Part shown: positions 27,014 to 41,732 of the stretch, piece by piece | Layout of the letters: every line of letters begins with the position of its first letter | Position numbering within the stretch: position 1 is the stretch's first letter | Origin: Adineta vaga | Lineage: Eukaryota; Animalia; Rotifera | Length of the DNA stretch: 64,000 bases | Direction: 5' to 3' | Assembly: GCA_021613535.1 (NCBI GenBank) | Contig: CP075493.1 | Span: forward strand, 9,176,001 to 9,240,000 | The notes under the pieces: generated by a model | The model's database searches: none | What the model was told of the DNA's origin: nothing | Seen by the model: the letters and a program-made list of their open reading frames with translations, nothing else | Program-made: the position numbers and the translations under genes

Positions 27014-28151
27014 CTATGACATATCATCTACAACCAATAAAATTTTTCCTTTGACCTGAAATACACGAACACCTGGACTACGACATTCATCATTATCCGT
27101 ATATGACAGTGTATATGAAGATTGTTTTATTGTAGAATATTTCTCATTATCCAAAGATACTTCATCATTTATTCGATCAATAATTATTGTTAATGCAGCT
27201 TCAATTATTGCTGGCGACAATTGACTAGTTTTCATTCGTGTTGCTTTGAAATAAGCTGAAATAAAACTGACGCAACCACCTTTTGAACTAAATTTTGATA
27301 AGAATAAATCTTCTTTTAGATATCTATCTAAACTTTTTAATACATCTTGAAGTATTTCATCAGTAACTTGTACTTCCGTTTGTTTATTTGGTAATCGTTC
27401 GTATTCATCTATATCAATTTTTAATGCACTTACATCATTATATCTTGGAATCAATTCTTCAATTGTTGTTCGACGTAAATAATCTTCTTGACTTTCATAA
27501 GAATCCGGTGCAAATGAATAAATCAATGGTTTTTGTCGAGAATTCTCTAGAATTCTTTGTCTAATATAGAAAAAAGTTTAATCACGAAGAAAATAATTAT
27601 TTCTCTTCTTACCTAAGAGACGAAAGAGTTTCTTCAAGTTCTTGAGTATAAGAATGTGTTAATGCTGTACTTGATTGTGCTTTATCTATCGCTTTCATTA
27701 AACATTCTTCTGCTTCTTTCCATGTACCTTTTACCATACAAATGAGACTTAAACGAAAATATTGTAAACTAATTTCAGTTGCATCCATTGGAGTATGTTT
27801 TATTCGAATATTTAGTGCCAGAAGACTTCTTTCAAAAGCTAATTCAATACTTCCCATTGACCAATAACAAATTGATAATAATTTATTCATATCAGCAAAA
27901 ATAAAATGATCTTTTTGATGATTTAATAAAGATTCTAAACCATAAATTGCTTCACATTCATTTGTAATGGCTGCAAGATATTCTTTTTGATCAAGATGAG
28001 TTTCAGCATTCATATGTTTACCATAAATAGTTAGAAATTGTTGTTCAGGAATCTTTCTAATATCTTGTTGACACTGTGAAGGAATACGTGACAGAACATA
28101 TTCATAGGCCATTTTATCCATTGGACTCAACGATGATTGTCGAGAACCCAT
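27014..28151 (-). CDS. TPR-like protein with N-myristoylation-type start (MGSRQS); paralog 2
   Basis: Two exons with the same intron position as paralog 1; shared motifs LSP(L/M)(E/D)K, RLPNKQTE.Q.TDEIL, MKTS.LSPAIIEAALTIII. Confidence 0.75.
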
Positions 28152-29275
28152 TATACGTAAGAGTAACTAATCTAATTTGGTCAGGATAAGACTAAAAATA
28201 AGATGTTATGCTATACAACTGCAGTCATTCGATCATAAAGAAATAGCCCGATGAAATCACCTGAGAAGAGTACTCAAATTCTAATAAACTCCTACTTTAT
28301 TCTCTTCGATTTGATATGGTCATCTTGTCAACTCTTTATGTGATAATAGTTTTGTATAATAAACATACTTTGAAAATTTAGTGCATATGAAATGATTTAT
28401 TTCTTGAAATGACTGAATTTAATACCATAGTCTGCTGCTAAGTGGGAGGTTAATTCCGTTAGAAAAAAAATGCAAATCTGTTTCCGTAAACTTTAAAGTT
28501 AACAAATCTCTTTTATCATGAATAATCTCTCACTGATGTCAATCTATTTACTAAATTGTCGTTCAATGTAATGGAACCACCAGTATGTTCCCACTTTCTT
28601 CTTCTTCTTCTTCTTCTTTTTTTTAAATAAAATGTGCTCAAGAATTGCTGGCAAACATTTCCATAACATAAAATAGAATATACCAATAAAAAAAATACAT
28701 CAATCATAATTCATAAATTTGTATGAGATATACAGATAGAATACGAATGAAAGTTTATTGTACCTGTCTGTTCGTATTTGATTAACCTATATGTCAAAAT
28801 GCCCATTCAATATTCGATCAACTCAATTGAATTTCGAGAGCTTTTTAATTATCATTTTTCTTATATCATTGATCTCAACTTTGTTTGTATCAAATGTCAC
28901 TCATAGCCCATTAAAAGTAACGTATAGTATATAAAAGAATTATCATCTCAAATAAATCGTCAATTCGTACAAACAAACACACAAGTTTTTCTTTTCCGTA
29001 ACAACAAGAATAAATGAACAAAAGAAGAAAAAAACTTAAATTAGACGCATGTTCAATACAATAAAAAGAGACGCGAAAAGAAAAATAAACTAAAGTGTAA
29101 GAATGACCTTCAACATGATTATAATTCTCTGTTGCGTATTTCAGATCAATTAGAGGTCAAGACAGATGAAAAGAAAAGAACCTAATGAATTAATATAACA
29201 ATGATAGTTATTGATGTGTTTGCTTAGATGGAATGCGACAAACAATTTGAGACATATTTGTATATCACATATTCT

Positions 29276-32200
29276 TCATTCTTCATTGAGCAATTCATTG
29301 ACATCATCATCATTGAATTCAAGATCCTAAAAGAATAATGACAAATGAGATTAAAAATGTTTTGTTTCATAATTTAGTGCATTAACCAAATGTGCAAGAA
29401 GCAAAGAATAAGAAAACATGCAAGTATTAACAAACGTGCAAGAAGAACGTAACCATTTTTACCTCATTCTCATTAGGAGACTTTTTAGAAATTCCTTCGG
29501 ATATGTCAGTGCCGTTTTTTGTATCGCTTACATCATCATCAACATCGATATCAAATTCTTCCAATTCTTTTTCTAGATCAGTCAACGATGTTCGACGACC
29601 GGTACCCGCTGTTGCTGTTGTTGATGTGATACTTGATGCTTTGGATGTAACAGATGCTTCTCTACTAATAAGTGATGCAATGGCTGATTTATTCGATTGA
29701 GGATTAGAATTATTCATTGGAGATTGTGAACGAGATTGATCAACACTGACTGGTGGAATGAGTTTATTCGATACAGATGAACTTGTTATTGGCTAAATAG
29801 AAGAATTTGTTTAGAATATGTTGCTTCAAGACACAGTATCTCGTTCATTATATTGTGTTGTAATCTATACGAACCTTATTGTTTGTTTGAATTGGTGTTT
29901 CATTGGCATCATCAAAATTGTCATTCTCGTCATCATCATCATCATCATCAGCTGTTTTTTTAATAAATTGTGTTGGATCAAATGAAAATTTTCCATTCTC
30001 TTCTGCTTCTTTCATTTCTGCTATTGAATTCTTTTCCCAATTAGGCTAAATGATAGAAACAAACTTCGAATTAGATCTTTATTGAAAGAGAGAAATCATT
30101 CATTATACCGTGATCGTAGAATATTTTCCAGCTGGTAATGTTTGTTGTTGTTGTTTTAGAAATTGTTCAGTTTTATACGTATCAACTAGACCTGGAAAGA
30201 GATTTTCATAATCTGTTGGATTTGCTAATGCATGTGCTGCACGTTCCATATTCATTTGTTTCAGTTTTTCTCTCCATAATCCTACAACATCATTGATTTT
30301 TGATGGAAGATATGTTCGAGCAAAGAATGCTGCTTCAGGTAAACGTTGATTTTCAATGAGAATATTTAAACAATCATCTAATTTTCCCAAGACAAAGTTT
30401 GATAGAAAAGCGATATTAAATTGTCCATTTTTTCGCGATTTATTTCCTATGGTAGCCATTAATTGTTTATCACTTGAAGCACTTGCAAGAAGAATCAATG
30501 AACCATATGATTGTGCACGTGTTAAACATTCTTGAACTAATTTGATATCACCTTGTTTTGTTGCTACTTCCGATAATTGTAACCATTTCTGTTCATTTTC
30601 TAATTCAACAGCGAGTTCATAGCATACTTGTAGATTTCCTATTTGAAGTGCTAACTCAAATTTATGTTCATTGTCTAATGTTACAGATAATGCTTGTTGA
30701 CGATAACCCTACAATTCGAAAATTACTGTTGATAGTAAAAGATCAAGAAATCGAACAAACTTGTTTTTCCAGAAAATGAGCAACGCGTGTTCGTTGTTCT
30801 TTAGCAATTGTTGGAAGAACTTGATCAGCTGTTTCAAAATCTTTTCGCATTACAGCTGTTTGATATTCCAAAACGGATAGTGATAATTCAAAAGATACAA
30901 TAGACATTTCTTTATCGCCCAAATATAAACGATTTTCATTTGAAACATAACCCAATAGATACATTACTCTAAAAAAAAAGAACGAACTTACGTAACATCG
31001 GATTGATTTCTTTCGTATTTTCTTACCTGTCTAAATGTGAAACAGTAACAATTTCTCCGCCGACATAATAATTAATTCGATTGAGTGAATTTGTGTAGAT
31101 AAAACAGTCACCAACCCATACACCAGTTTTAACACTTTCAGGAATTTCACTTAGAGCCTAAAGGAAAAAGACATAAACGATTTGTTTTCTTGAAATAAAA
31201 CATGAATTACATCGAATGCATCTTCAATCCCATCTTCAGTAAGAAGATCTTTATTAGCTTGGGCAGCAGTTACTGCTTGAGGCTTATAACGAAGTACATA
31301 ATAAGACTCTTCTGTTGCAATACATACTAATTCACCATTTTGACTCCAGATAATCTAGGAATAATATGAAATGACTTATAATAAGAAGTAAAAACTAAAG
31401 TTAAACATACAGTTTTTGGTACAATTTCAATACGACGTACTAAACTCAATGTATCCCAATCGTAGAATGTTAAACCTGAATATGATCGAACACCCAAAAG
31501 ACTACCACCAAATATACCTAGAAAATTTGATTTATTTCACCTCGTTGCAATATAGAATTCATTTCAATCGTACCTTCTGCTCCTGCTTCTGGTTTGAAAG
31601 TTTTCTTTTCTTTGAAATTCTTGAAAATTTTCACCATATTTCCATCACGTACAGCGTATTCTGATGAATCTTGTGACCAAACAAATTCCATTGCATTTCC
31701 ATAACTTTTATTTCTTAATGTTATTGCTGTATAAATAATATATTCACCATCACCACAAACAACAACAAATCTAGAAAGAAGAGAAAAATCTTTCAATGAA
31801 TATAAATCCAGTCATTTTCTTTTGCTTATTACCTTCCATTTGGTGAATGAGATAATGTTTGTGGATAGATTTCACAACTACCTAATTCTTTGACATTTAA
31901 TGGAACTTTTTCTCCATCTTTTAATTGTTGATCACTACTCAATTGTTTTAAATTAACTTGTTGAATTTCACAATGTTTTGCCCAAACAATTTTACCCGTT
32001 GAAGCATCCATTGACATTGCTGGTTCTTCTCGACCCAACTATAACAAAGAAAAACAGTTCATATTCTTATTTCTTATTGATTTAATCCACATACTTTAAT
32101 CATCATGCTTCCCTCATCATAACCAAGTGCAACATTATTTGATCCTTTCATACATGCGATGGCCCAACATCTTTCCAAACCATAATTAAGTGTTGATTCT

Positions 32201-33333
32201 AAACGATATGTATTTGAATGCCATAGTTTGACTGTACCATCTTCTGATCCACTTAATATTATAGGTAATTCAGGATGAAATGCAACACAACCAACATTTT
32301 GAGAATGTCCTTCCAATGTTTGTACACAAGTTTTATTCTATATTAAGAAAAACATTGGCATTATTGATTTCTCATTTGAAAACAAAAATACTTACTTGAT
32401 AATCCCAAATTTTTACTAGACGATCATCACCACCAGAAACAAGGTATGGTTTATCTCCACCTGAATAATAATCCACACAATTAACACCTTTTTCATGTCC
32501 TTCAAGTGTAAAATTTGGATGACTGGATCCTAATTGCCAAACCTATGTATTCAACATAAAAAAAGAAAGGAATGTATTACAAAATTATATTACTTTAACG
32601 GTTCGATCAAGTGATGCTGATGCGAAGGTATTATTATCTTTGGGATTAATTGCAATTTGCATTACATAATGAATATGTCCTTCAAACGTTTGTTTTAATG
32701 CCCATTTTGCATCCCAATCCCATAGTTTGATTGTCATATCATCTAAAGAGACAACATATGCATAAATAATCAAGCTACTCATGTATGTTTTTTTTATCAG
32801 ATAATTACCACTACTAGTTAATATATATGATTGTGTTGGATGAATAGCAAGTGAACGTATATAATCATTATGTGCTTCAAATTGATGTAAACGTTCGAGA
32901 GTATTGTAATTATAAACACGTATAGTCATATCATCCTAGAAATAAGTATCATAGAAAAAGAAAATAGAATCAAAAAAGAAAAATTTTACCGATGCAGTGA
33001 TTATCCAGTTTTTTCGAACGACAAATTTACCAGCACGAACTGGAACATCACATACTTCGAAACTTTTAATTGATTGCTAAATAAAAGACTTCATTCATCA
33101 AAAATATATGCATCGAAAGATGTATTTACTTGAGTTTCATGATTATAGATATGTGCATGACCATTAAATAATGTCACTAACAACCATGGTTCATTGGGAT
33201 GAATATCAACACATTTGACACGATCTGATCGAACTGATAATTTGCGCTTGACATCGAGGCGCAAAGGCTAAATAAATAATATATATAAATATGATTATTT
33301 CAAATGGAAACTCTTTAACACAAAATATACCAT
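29276..33333 (-). CDS. COPB2: Coatomer subunit beta'
   Basis: ATG|intron|[24 protein letters not shown]; [28 protein letters not shown]; [15 protein letters not shown]; [15 protein letters not shown]; acidic tail. Confidence 0.97.
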
Positions 33334-34246
33334 GTTTTAACAATAGGAACAGGATGAACAAATCAACGAATAGTTCTAAAAAGAGATTACAATAATAATG
33401 ATTCAAATTTAGCATACGTCAACATGCCAACGGAGAAAAAAACGAGAATCTGTCCACGTCTGATGGATTCGGTATTTTACAATTGTTTAAGAACCAATTA
33501 GATTACTCGTTTAGCTATAGCTTCGATTGCTACTGAGAATCAGTGGAATCAGTACCTGTACAGATGGAGTTAGTAATCGAGAACAGTCATACAATGTGAG
33601 ATCACAATACAATGACGTCGTAATGAGTAATATCACATTGATATTTTCAAAAAGGATTATACACTTATCAAAACTACATTCAATTGTAATGCTTTGTAAT
33701 ACTTTTATATAACGATAAAATAATTAGCATCAATGATTTCTATTCTTATTGAACTGAGATAAATATCTGTCATAAAAGACGTTATTTTTGATTTCCGAGG
33801 AAAATAGAGATATGTCATAGATATGGAAATTAAATAGATTTCAAAAAGAACATCTAGATGACATATAAGAACTGAACAAATCATGGAAATAGAAGCATAT
33901 GGTGACCTTATTCTGACATCTAAAGTTCTCTCCGGTTAATACGTACGTTATTTAACAGAGTATAACTTACTGACATAATTAGAAAATACGGTTTCGTGTA
34001 AAATATGAAAAACAGCAATCATAATTTTTTCAGGATGAAGATCGTATAACATTTGATCATTATTTCAAACGACTAGTGATATAACATCAATACTGTTTCG
34101 TGAGTGAATCTATGATTGAAAGTAAATAACTCTGAGAAAAAGATAAGTATTGACAGAATTTGATTAAATTGTATTTAATAAAAATAAAACGACATTAGTG
34201 ACAAATCAATTAAAAATTATTCACTCAAATAAAATAGATATAGTCT

Positions 34247-35568
34247 CTATGAAATCCAATTCGGAGGATTCTTCTCACCGGACAGTTTAAATTCGGAAAA
34301 AAATTTAAATTGATAATGATTCATTTGTATATCTCGATCTGGACATAATGGTCGATTGTGTAATGCTTGTGCATTATCAAGATTTCGAATATATTGTTGG
34401 ATTTGATAATTATTTTGTCTCGTTTCTTTCCGTGTCCATTGACATTTACATCGACAACTTGAAATCAATTCACGAAACATCCCATGTAATTCATGACGAA
34501 AGCTTTTTGCAGAAAAACAATAAAGAAAAAAATTGATTCCATGTGATGTGAATTGAATTGAATTGAGTAGAACTTGAATCATATAACGATATGAACGTTG
34601 TGTTCTTGATACGAAATAATTACGAAAAAATACAAAATATATACAAGCTGGTAGCGTTAATACAACGAATGCAAATGTAACAAGAATAAGTAAAGCCGTA
34701 AATTGTCGATATCTTTCGGCACTTTTTCGTGGAACTTTTGCTAATCTTGAATCATTCTGTGTTCGACTCGATCGTACAGTAACAAAAATAATATATGTAT
34801 TACAAATAAACATAATTGCAAATGGACATAAATTATAAACTACTAAATGAACACGTTCCCATTGAGGATAAATATAACCGGGATTGGAACTTGTTGAATA
34901 ACATGTTACTCGACCAGATGGTTCACGATAACCATTTAAAAATAAAACATGACTGTTCATTGTCAAACAAATGGATGTTAAAAATATTATATAATATTTT
35001 GTATATCTTATTCTTCCATAAATTTGTTTCCATTTAGGCCAATAGAGATTCAATGCTCGATCTATAAATATACGACGAAAACTCGAAAAGAATTGATGTA
35101 TTGAAAATTATATTTACCTAAACTAACTGCTGTCAAACACCAACTTGATAATTGTAGAGCAACAAATGTCATAAATGAAATCATTCGACAATGAACAAGT
35201 GAAATGTCTTCAATATTACTTTGATTGGGACTAACATGGAATTTATAGAAATTATTTAAATTCCATCCATACAATGATATGATATCACATATGCTAACAA
35301 AAATTAAATAACGTACAGTAACAAAACGACGAAGCTGTCGTCTCAATGAGACAATGATTGTTAAAAGATTTCCTGTTGTACCAACAATGATTAGTACAAG
35401 CGCATAAATACTTAAACAATGAATAACGAATAAATGTCGTGAATTTTTCACTTGAGAAATCGTATCATTGATTAAATTGTCTCGAGAAATCTAAGAAAAC
35501 AATATAATATAGATATGCTAATAGAAAAGATAATTTTCTAGTCAACTCACCAGAGAGCTTGAATTCAT
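34247..35568 (-). CDS. Class A (rhodopsin-like) GPCR, peptide-receptor-like, 3 exons
   Basis: TM1 GTTGN; TM2 VSICD; SSWCLTAVSLDR; TM5 NLCPF; TM6 FVVLTLP; TM7 HGINFFLYCFSAKSFR. Confidence 0.9.
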
Positions 35569-37831
35569 GGTAAGGAATAATTCTTTGATTAGTAGAAAAA
35601 TCCGATTGTGTGACGGTTGTGCTATGTTTCACCACATTTTATAATGAGCGGAAATAAAAAAAATAGAAAGATATAAAATCTTATCGTGTTTCTTTCCTCT
35701 TGTTCTTTGTGATGTTGATAATTGACAGAAATATACAAAGACGCAAATTTTGTCTTTCGACAATTGACAAACAAAGAGCCAATAGAATCAAAATGATAGA
35801 TAGAATCACGAAAGAAAAACCTAAAAGAGAAAGAAACGAGATCTGGAATTCGAAAAAAACCGATCGTGTTTAAACAAGCTTGTCATTTCTTTAATATTGT
35901 CCTTGCGGCAATCAAGAAAGCTGTCATAAAAGAAAAGAAGAAGAAGAAGAAGAAAAAGAAAATGTCTTTCTTTGATACTATTTATCCTTGACTTGTCGAT
36001 AGAGACTGTCATGTTATCACCAATTCAATTAGAATTCCTAGCCACTTGATGTACTTTTTTTTGTGATTATTTTGACATTACAACGACAAGAAAAAAGAAA
36101 CAAAAAAATTCCTTTGTTGTTCATTCTCATTAACTAGTGTTAATTGAGTCAAAAAATAGAACATAATGATAAACAAAAAGTTCATTACCATAAGTATAAT
36201 CATGTTAAGAGTATTCGGTCTCATTTGTTGTTATAAATAGTTTTTGAAAGCTTTTAGAGCCTGCTGTTCAACGCATGGATTAAAATCATCTCTGTCCTAC
36301 GCAATCAACAACAACAAAAAAGGAATATACTATTTTTTTCGAAAAAATGAGCATTCGATCTACAGATCGAATATACCATACGATCAAAAAATTATTGAAA
36401 TGTATCCTTGAGAAATCATATGCTAAGCAACAGGAAGTAGACGAAGCTTCTTGAGTGAATATTACATTTCTATCGACGATAGATTAATTCAATGGAACAT
36501 AGATAAAAGAAAAACGAAGAAGAAGAATATGTAAAAAGGAAAGTTCTATTAACATCGTTATATAAAGTATGTCTTATATTCTTCAGAAAGATCAGATTAT
36601 AGACTAACCATGGATAATAATAATGCAAAGAAAAGTGTAGATAATGTATTGATTACAATAACAATTCAATTTTCAATGATAATAGAAAAACAAATTTGAT
36701 CATAATATCTATTGGTAGTAAATAGAAATAAATAAGCGAATTAGAATGTTTTCAATTGAGTTATATACGTTCTATTGAATATCGATGCTTGATGTTTTTT
36801 TTTAGATGGAAACATTCTGAAGATGAAAATATGCTCATATCAATTAATAAGTCAATCGGTCTTCATTTCGGTTTTTTTGTTTCCGACTAATTCACTAAGA
36901 TATTAGTTCCGATGATCATGATAGATTGTTTGAGTAATGATATATTGATCAAATATCTTATAGTTGTCTATCTAATATTAGATATTCCTCTCCTTCTTTT
37001 TAGAATTTTTACGTCACATAGATAATCATGCATACTAACACGATAAGTACTAATGTGCATGCAGAGTTTTAGAGTTCATAGAAAACGTTAGTAAGTTAGT
37101 TAAGAGAGTTATACTAAGAAGCAAAATGATTATGAATTACAGCGAGTTGGATTCTTTTCGAGTGACATACTATTGCTCATTATTCTTCAATCATATTACA
37201 CAGAATTGACTCCTTATGATTTGTCTTAGCCATTAAAATGATAAGGTCAAATGTTTTTTTCTTGTTATTATTGAAATATTCATCAACTACAATGCTCGAC
37301 ATTGACTATGGGATTGTCAAGGATCTTTATCTATAGCAACTTCCGACAAAGTCAAGTCGACTTCGGCTAAATCGATTCTATTAGTCTGATATGTATAGAT
37401 ATATGGATGTACAAACATTTGTTTAATGGATTATCCTTCGTATATCACTTTTAATATACAAGAATATCAAGCAGAAAAGGAAAAGATGAGAATCTTTCGT
37501 CCAGAAATGCTGTTAGCAGGCCTCTCTTGTTTGTTTTTTTATTTCCTCTTGGCAAGAATAAATGTACATTTTGTAGCGGAGGCAAATTCTCTCACTCCAC
37601 AAGCAATACAAAATGAAATAGACACTGCACAGTTCTTTAAAAAAAGAAAGAAAGAAAGAAAGAAAGAAAAAGACAATTGAACAAACGCAAAAAGAAGAAG
37701 AAGAAGAGAAAGGAAGAAAAGACAATGAACAATATACACGTAGACACATTTGAAGAAAGAACTACAGAATTAAATAAAAGACGCAGCCGAAAGAAAGTTG
37801 AGATGATAGTAACGAAAGATTTCATTGTATG

Positions 37832-39552
37832 TTACGATGTACTATTCATCGGTGTTGCTGTCGTTACTTTCGATGAATCTTCTGTTGTTGGTGAATCATT
37901 AAGAAAATTGAAACAAAGAATTGTATCATCATGTGAACTAGATACAATTTGAAATTCATCAAATTGTAGACGAAATACTCGTCCTGTATGTTCAGTTAAG
38001 GTACGAATACATAACGAAGATTGAGAACGTGGATCGAGTGCTGCTACTAAATCCCAAACTTTAATTTTACCTATTCAAAAAGACAAATTAATTAAATTAT
38101 CTAACAGTTGAATATGTTCGTACCATCATATGCTCCGGAAACAATTCGTTTGGAATCAAAACGGATACATCGTACTAATTCATCATGTCCTTCAAGGATA
38201 CGTAAACATGCGCCACATTCAATATCCCATATACGAATCGTATTATCCGATGATCCACTAACAACAATTTTATCCCGATATTGTAAACAAGCAATACCAC
38301 GTTTATGTCCAAGTAATGTTCGTACAAATTCACATGTTGTTGTATCCTATTTAAATAAGAACAAAAATATCATTGGTCATACAATTCTATCAAAAATAAA
38401 ACTTACCCAAACTTTGATTGTTCGATCTCCACTTGCGCTAACTATATATTTTTCATCGAAATCAACAACATTAACGGCTGCTCGATGTCCAACCAATACT
38501 CGTCGAATTGTTATATCTGATGGTGAATTCATTTGCCAAACAGCAATCGAACGATCTTTTGAACATGTTACCATTGTTCCATCGCAAAATCGAAGATGTA
38601 AAACGGCTTCACAATGATGTAATAATGTATTGATTAATTCTCCTGTTTTAACATTCCATACACGTACTGTTGAATCCGATGAGCCAGTCACAATAACTTT
38701 TTCATCATATTGTAAACATAAAACACTTCCATTATGACCAGTTAACACTTTTGTACATTCCAGAGTTTTTCTATCCCAAATTTTAATTGTATTATCACGA
38801 AGACCACTAACGATTTTTTCATCATCATATTGTAAACAATAAACACCTTTGCTATTCTGTGATCGACATTGTATTTTTTCAATTTGAAAATTTCCCGTTC
38901 GCCAATTGGTTTCGATTTGATCAATATCTTGCATGATTTTTGGATATAAATTACGATAGAATTCATGTGTCTTAGGAGTTTCACTAGATGTCAAAATTTG
39001 ACGAAAGAGATATTTTGTCCAACCACGACGATTAGCTAAACCTTGCCATAAAGAATCGGATTGAACTTTACGTTCAATTATTTTTTTCCATAACATTCCT
39101 AAAAACAAAGAACATTTTATATCAATCATTGAAAATCATTTATATCAACCTGCAGAGATTACATGATACCATTCACGACATACAAGTTCAGTTGATATTA
39201 ATGATCGATCATCTAAATATCCCAGAATTTTTTCGGCAATATGTTCTAAACTTCGTGCTGATAATTGCCCAATAAAGTCTCTTTGTAACATTGGTAATAG
39301 AAAAGCATTGATTTGTCCATGTTGATGACTATGCATATGTTTAAGGAGATTTTCAACAAAAACTAATTGTTCTCGATCATCCCATGTAGAAAACGTTTCT
39401 AGAAAATGTTCACTTGTTTGTTCATAATCAGGTGTGGAAAATTTTTGCGATTGATTTGTCGTATAAGTGATTAAACAATTGGATGATGATGATGAAGATG
39501 TGAGCATTGGTGAATGATCTTCATTGCCTGAGTTTGACGTAGTTGTATCCAT
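37832..39552 (-). CDS. BTRC/FBXW11: F-box/WD40 protein beta-TrCP (Slimb)
   Basis: D-domain [17 protein letters not shown]; F-box [12 protein letters not shown]; WD40 repeats [27 protein letters not shown] and [28 protein letters not shown]. Confidence 0.97.
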
Positions 39553-40319
39553 AATGTCGTTTTATTTTGGTTTAAAATGAAGTAGAAGTTAACACAAAAG
39601 ATATGTCTGATGAATCAATCTAAACTATGAGCCAGATGTTGTTCGACAAAAAAAGCATCTGAAAAAAAACAGTAAGAATGATTTTGACATTGAATAAAAA
39701 AAGAATGAAAATGGTTGGAGATTTCAGAAGAGAAAGAAAAAGCGTAGTTGTTGTCAAGGTGGTACTTTTCTCGTCAGCTGATGTGAGTAGACAAAAAAAA
39801 GAGAGAAGAGGGTAGGTGTACGGGTAGAACACAAAAAACAATTTAAATGAAAGACGATACGTTTATTTAACGAACAAACAGATGATCATGATAGATGACA
39901 CTACTCACAATGTCAACTAAGACAATCGACTTTTTTTTTTTCGTTTCAAACAAAAAAAGAAATGAATAGAACGATGATTTGTGATATGACTAATTGCTGT
40001 ATAATGATTCATTTTCTATGATTACGATATGGGGAGTAGATGTATGAATAATTATCTAAAATCAAAGAAACATATTTAATATCATATGTAAAAGGTTTAT
40101 TTTTGTTGTTCCAGTAGATATATCATGACGAAAGAAAGAAAAAAAGAAAGAAAATGACAAAAAAATGAGGTAAAGATCGAAAACAAAAACAGAGAAAACA
40201 AACAACGAAACGAACAAGACAACATATTTTTAGCTATGTAACCAATGTAACTGTACAAGCGAAACGTATGAAGAAAAAACAACAAGAGAAGATATTTTCA
40301 TATTAATAACAGAAATTCA

Positions 40320-41697
40320 TCAATCAGATTTCGAATATTTATTTGTCGTTGTTAATGATGTTGAATGGTGATGATGTGTAAAATTTTTATTATTATGTTT
40401 CGTTATCGTTGGTGTTACAAGGGAACGAAATGCATCGATTATTAAATGTGGATTTTGTTTAGTAAAATTTAGCCAATTATTTGTTTTTGATATCGCTAAA
40501 GCATTGGAACGTATAAATGCGAGAATTTGTTGTTTAAGTGTATCATTCGCTTGATCACTAACTTCGAGCATTTCAATAGCATTATCAACTTTTAAAACAT
40601 CTAACATAGTTGATTTAGTTAAATCACGTAATTCAGTTAAATCATATTTTACAGCAGCACGAAAGAGATCAATTGCATTTAGATTATTATGAATTTCATC
40701 ATTAGTCGTCGGTAAATGACCTGTATACATATAGATAAGCATAGCACGAACAGTACATGGCTCGAGATCATCAATATATAAATCAATTGGAGGACATTTT
40801 AAATTATGATTCAAACCATTAGAACTACTTAAACGTATTTGATGAGCAAATGATGAAGATCGTGATATTAAAATTGCTTTATGTGTATGAAATGTTGCTA
40901 ATGGTGTAATATTCGAATATTTGATGTAAGATGTTTGAATATCCATGTTAGATTCTTGATCATGACAAAAACATAAACAATGCTTTGTAGTTGCTGATAA
41001 ATTGGAAGACGATGAACAAGTGTCCGAGGATGATGTCGAACAATCCGAAGAAGAATGACTGATTTCAGATGAACTTTGAGCAATACGTGAAAGTAAGGAG
41101 GTCGTTGAACGAGTCGCTCGACGAGTTAAAGACGGTTGACATGGACTGGAGATAGGAAGAGATACTTCACAATCTTTGGAAATAACTAAAAATATTTAAA
41201 AAAAAAAGATGTATGCATACGAATATAAAACTGATAATTGTTGAAATTATGAATAAAAATCTAGTTCATATCTACCTGATGATGACTGTTCATGTTGATC
41301 CGATATGTGTTCATTATTATTTGATTTCATTTTTTCTGATTTACAATGGCATGATGAACATGATGGATGTTGTTTGATAGACATTCGTTTAATTCGTGGA
41401 CTTTTTCTATGTTCATCATTGACATTTTGTTGTTGTTGTTGTTGTTTGGGTATAACATGAATATGTACATCAGTAAAACGTTCGTCTTCTAAAAGTGTTT
41501 TTATTTGACAGGATAAAAGTTCTAAAGATTTGAAACGTTCTTTATCATCCGTAAATAGACCAGAAACAACTGGAATTGCTGTAGATGAAGCATTTGATGG
41601 ATTGGAATTCATTATTGCTGGCGTGCTAGAAGACGATGCTGATGATGAAGACGTGGTAGCTTGAGTTTTTGGAACAGTACTTGATTGCTGCTGTTGT

Positions 41698-41732
<35 letters not shown>

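Noticed and set aside
37426-37825. Overlapping Phe/Leu-rich or Lys/Arg-rich ORFs
   Set aside because: Artefacts of the A/G-rich low-complexity beta-TrCP 3'UTR.
38108-38617. 169-aa + strand ORF
   Set aside because: Antisense shadow of beta-TrCP WD40 exons.
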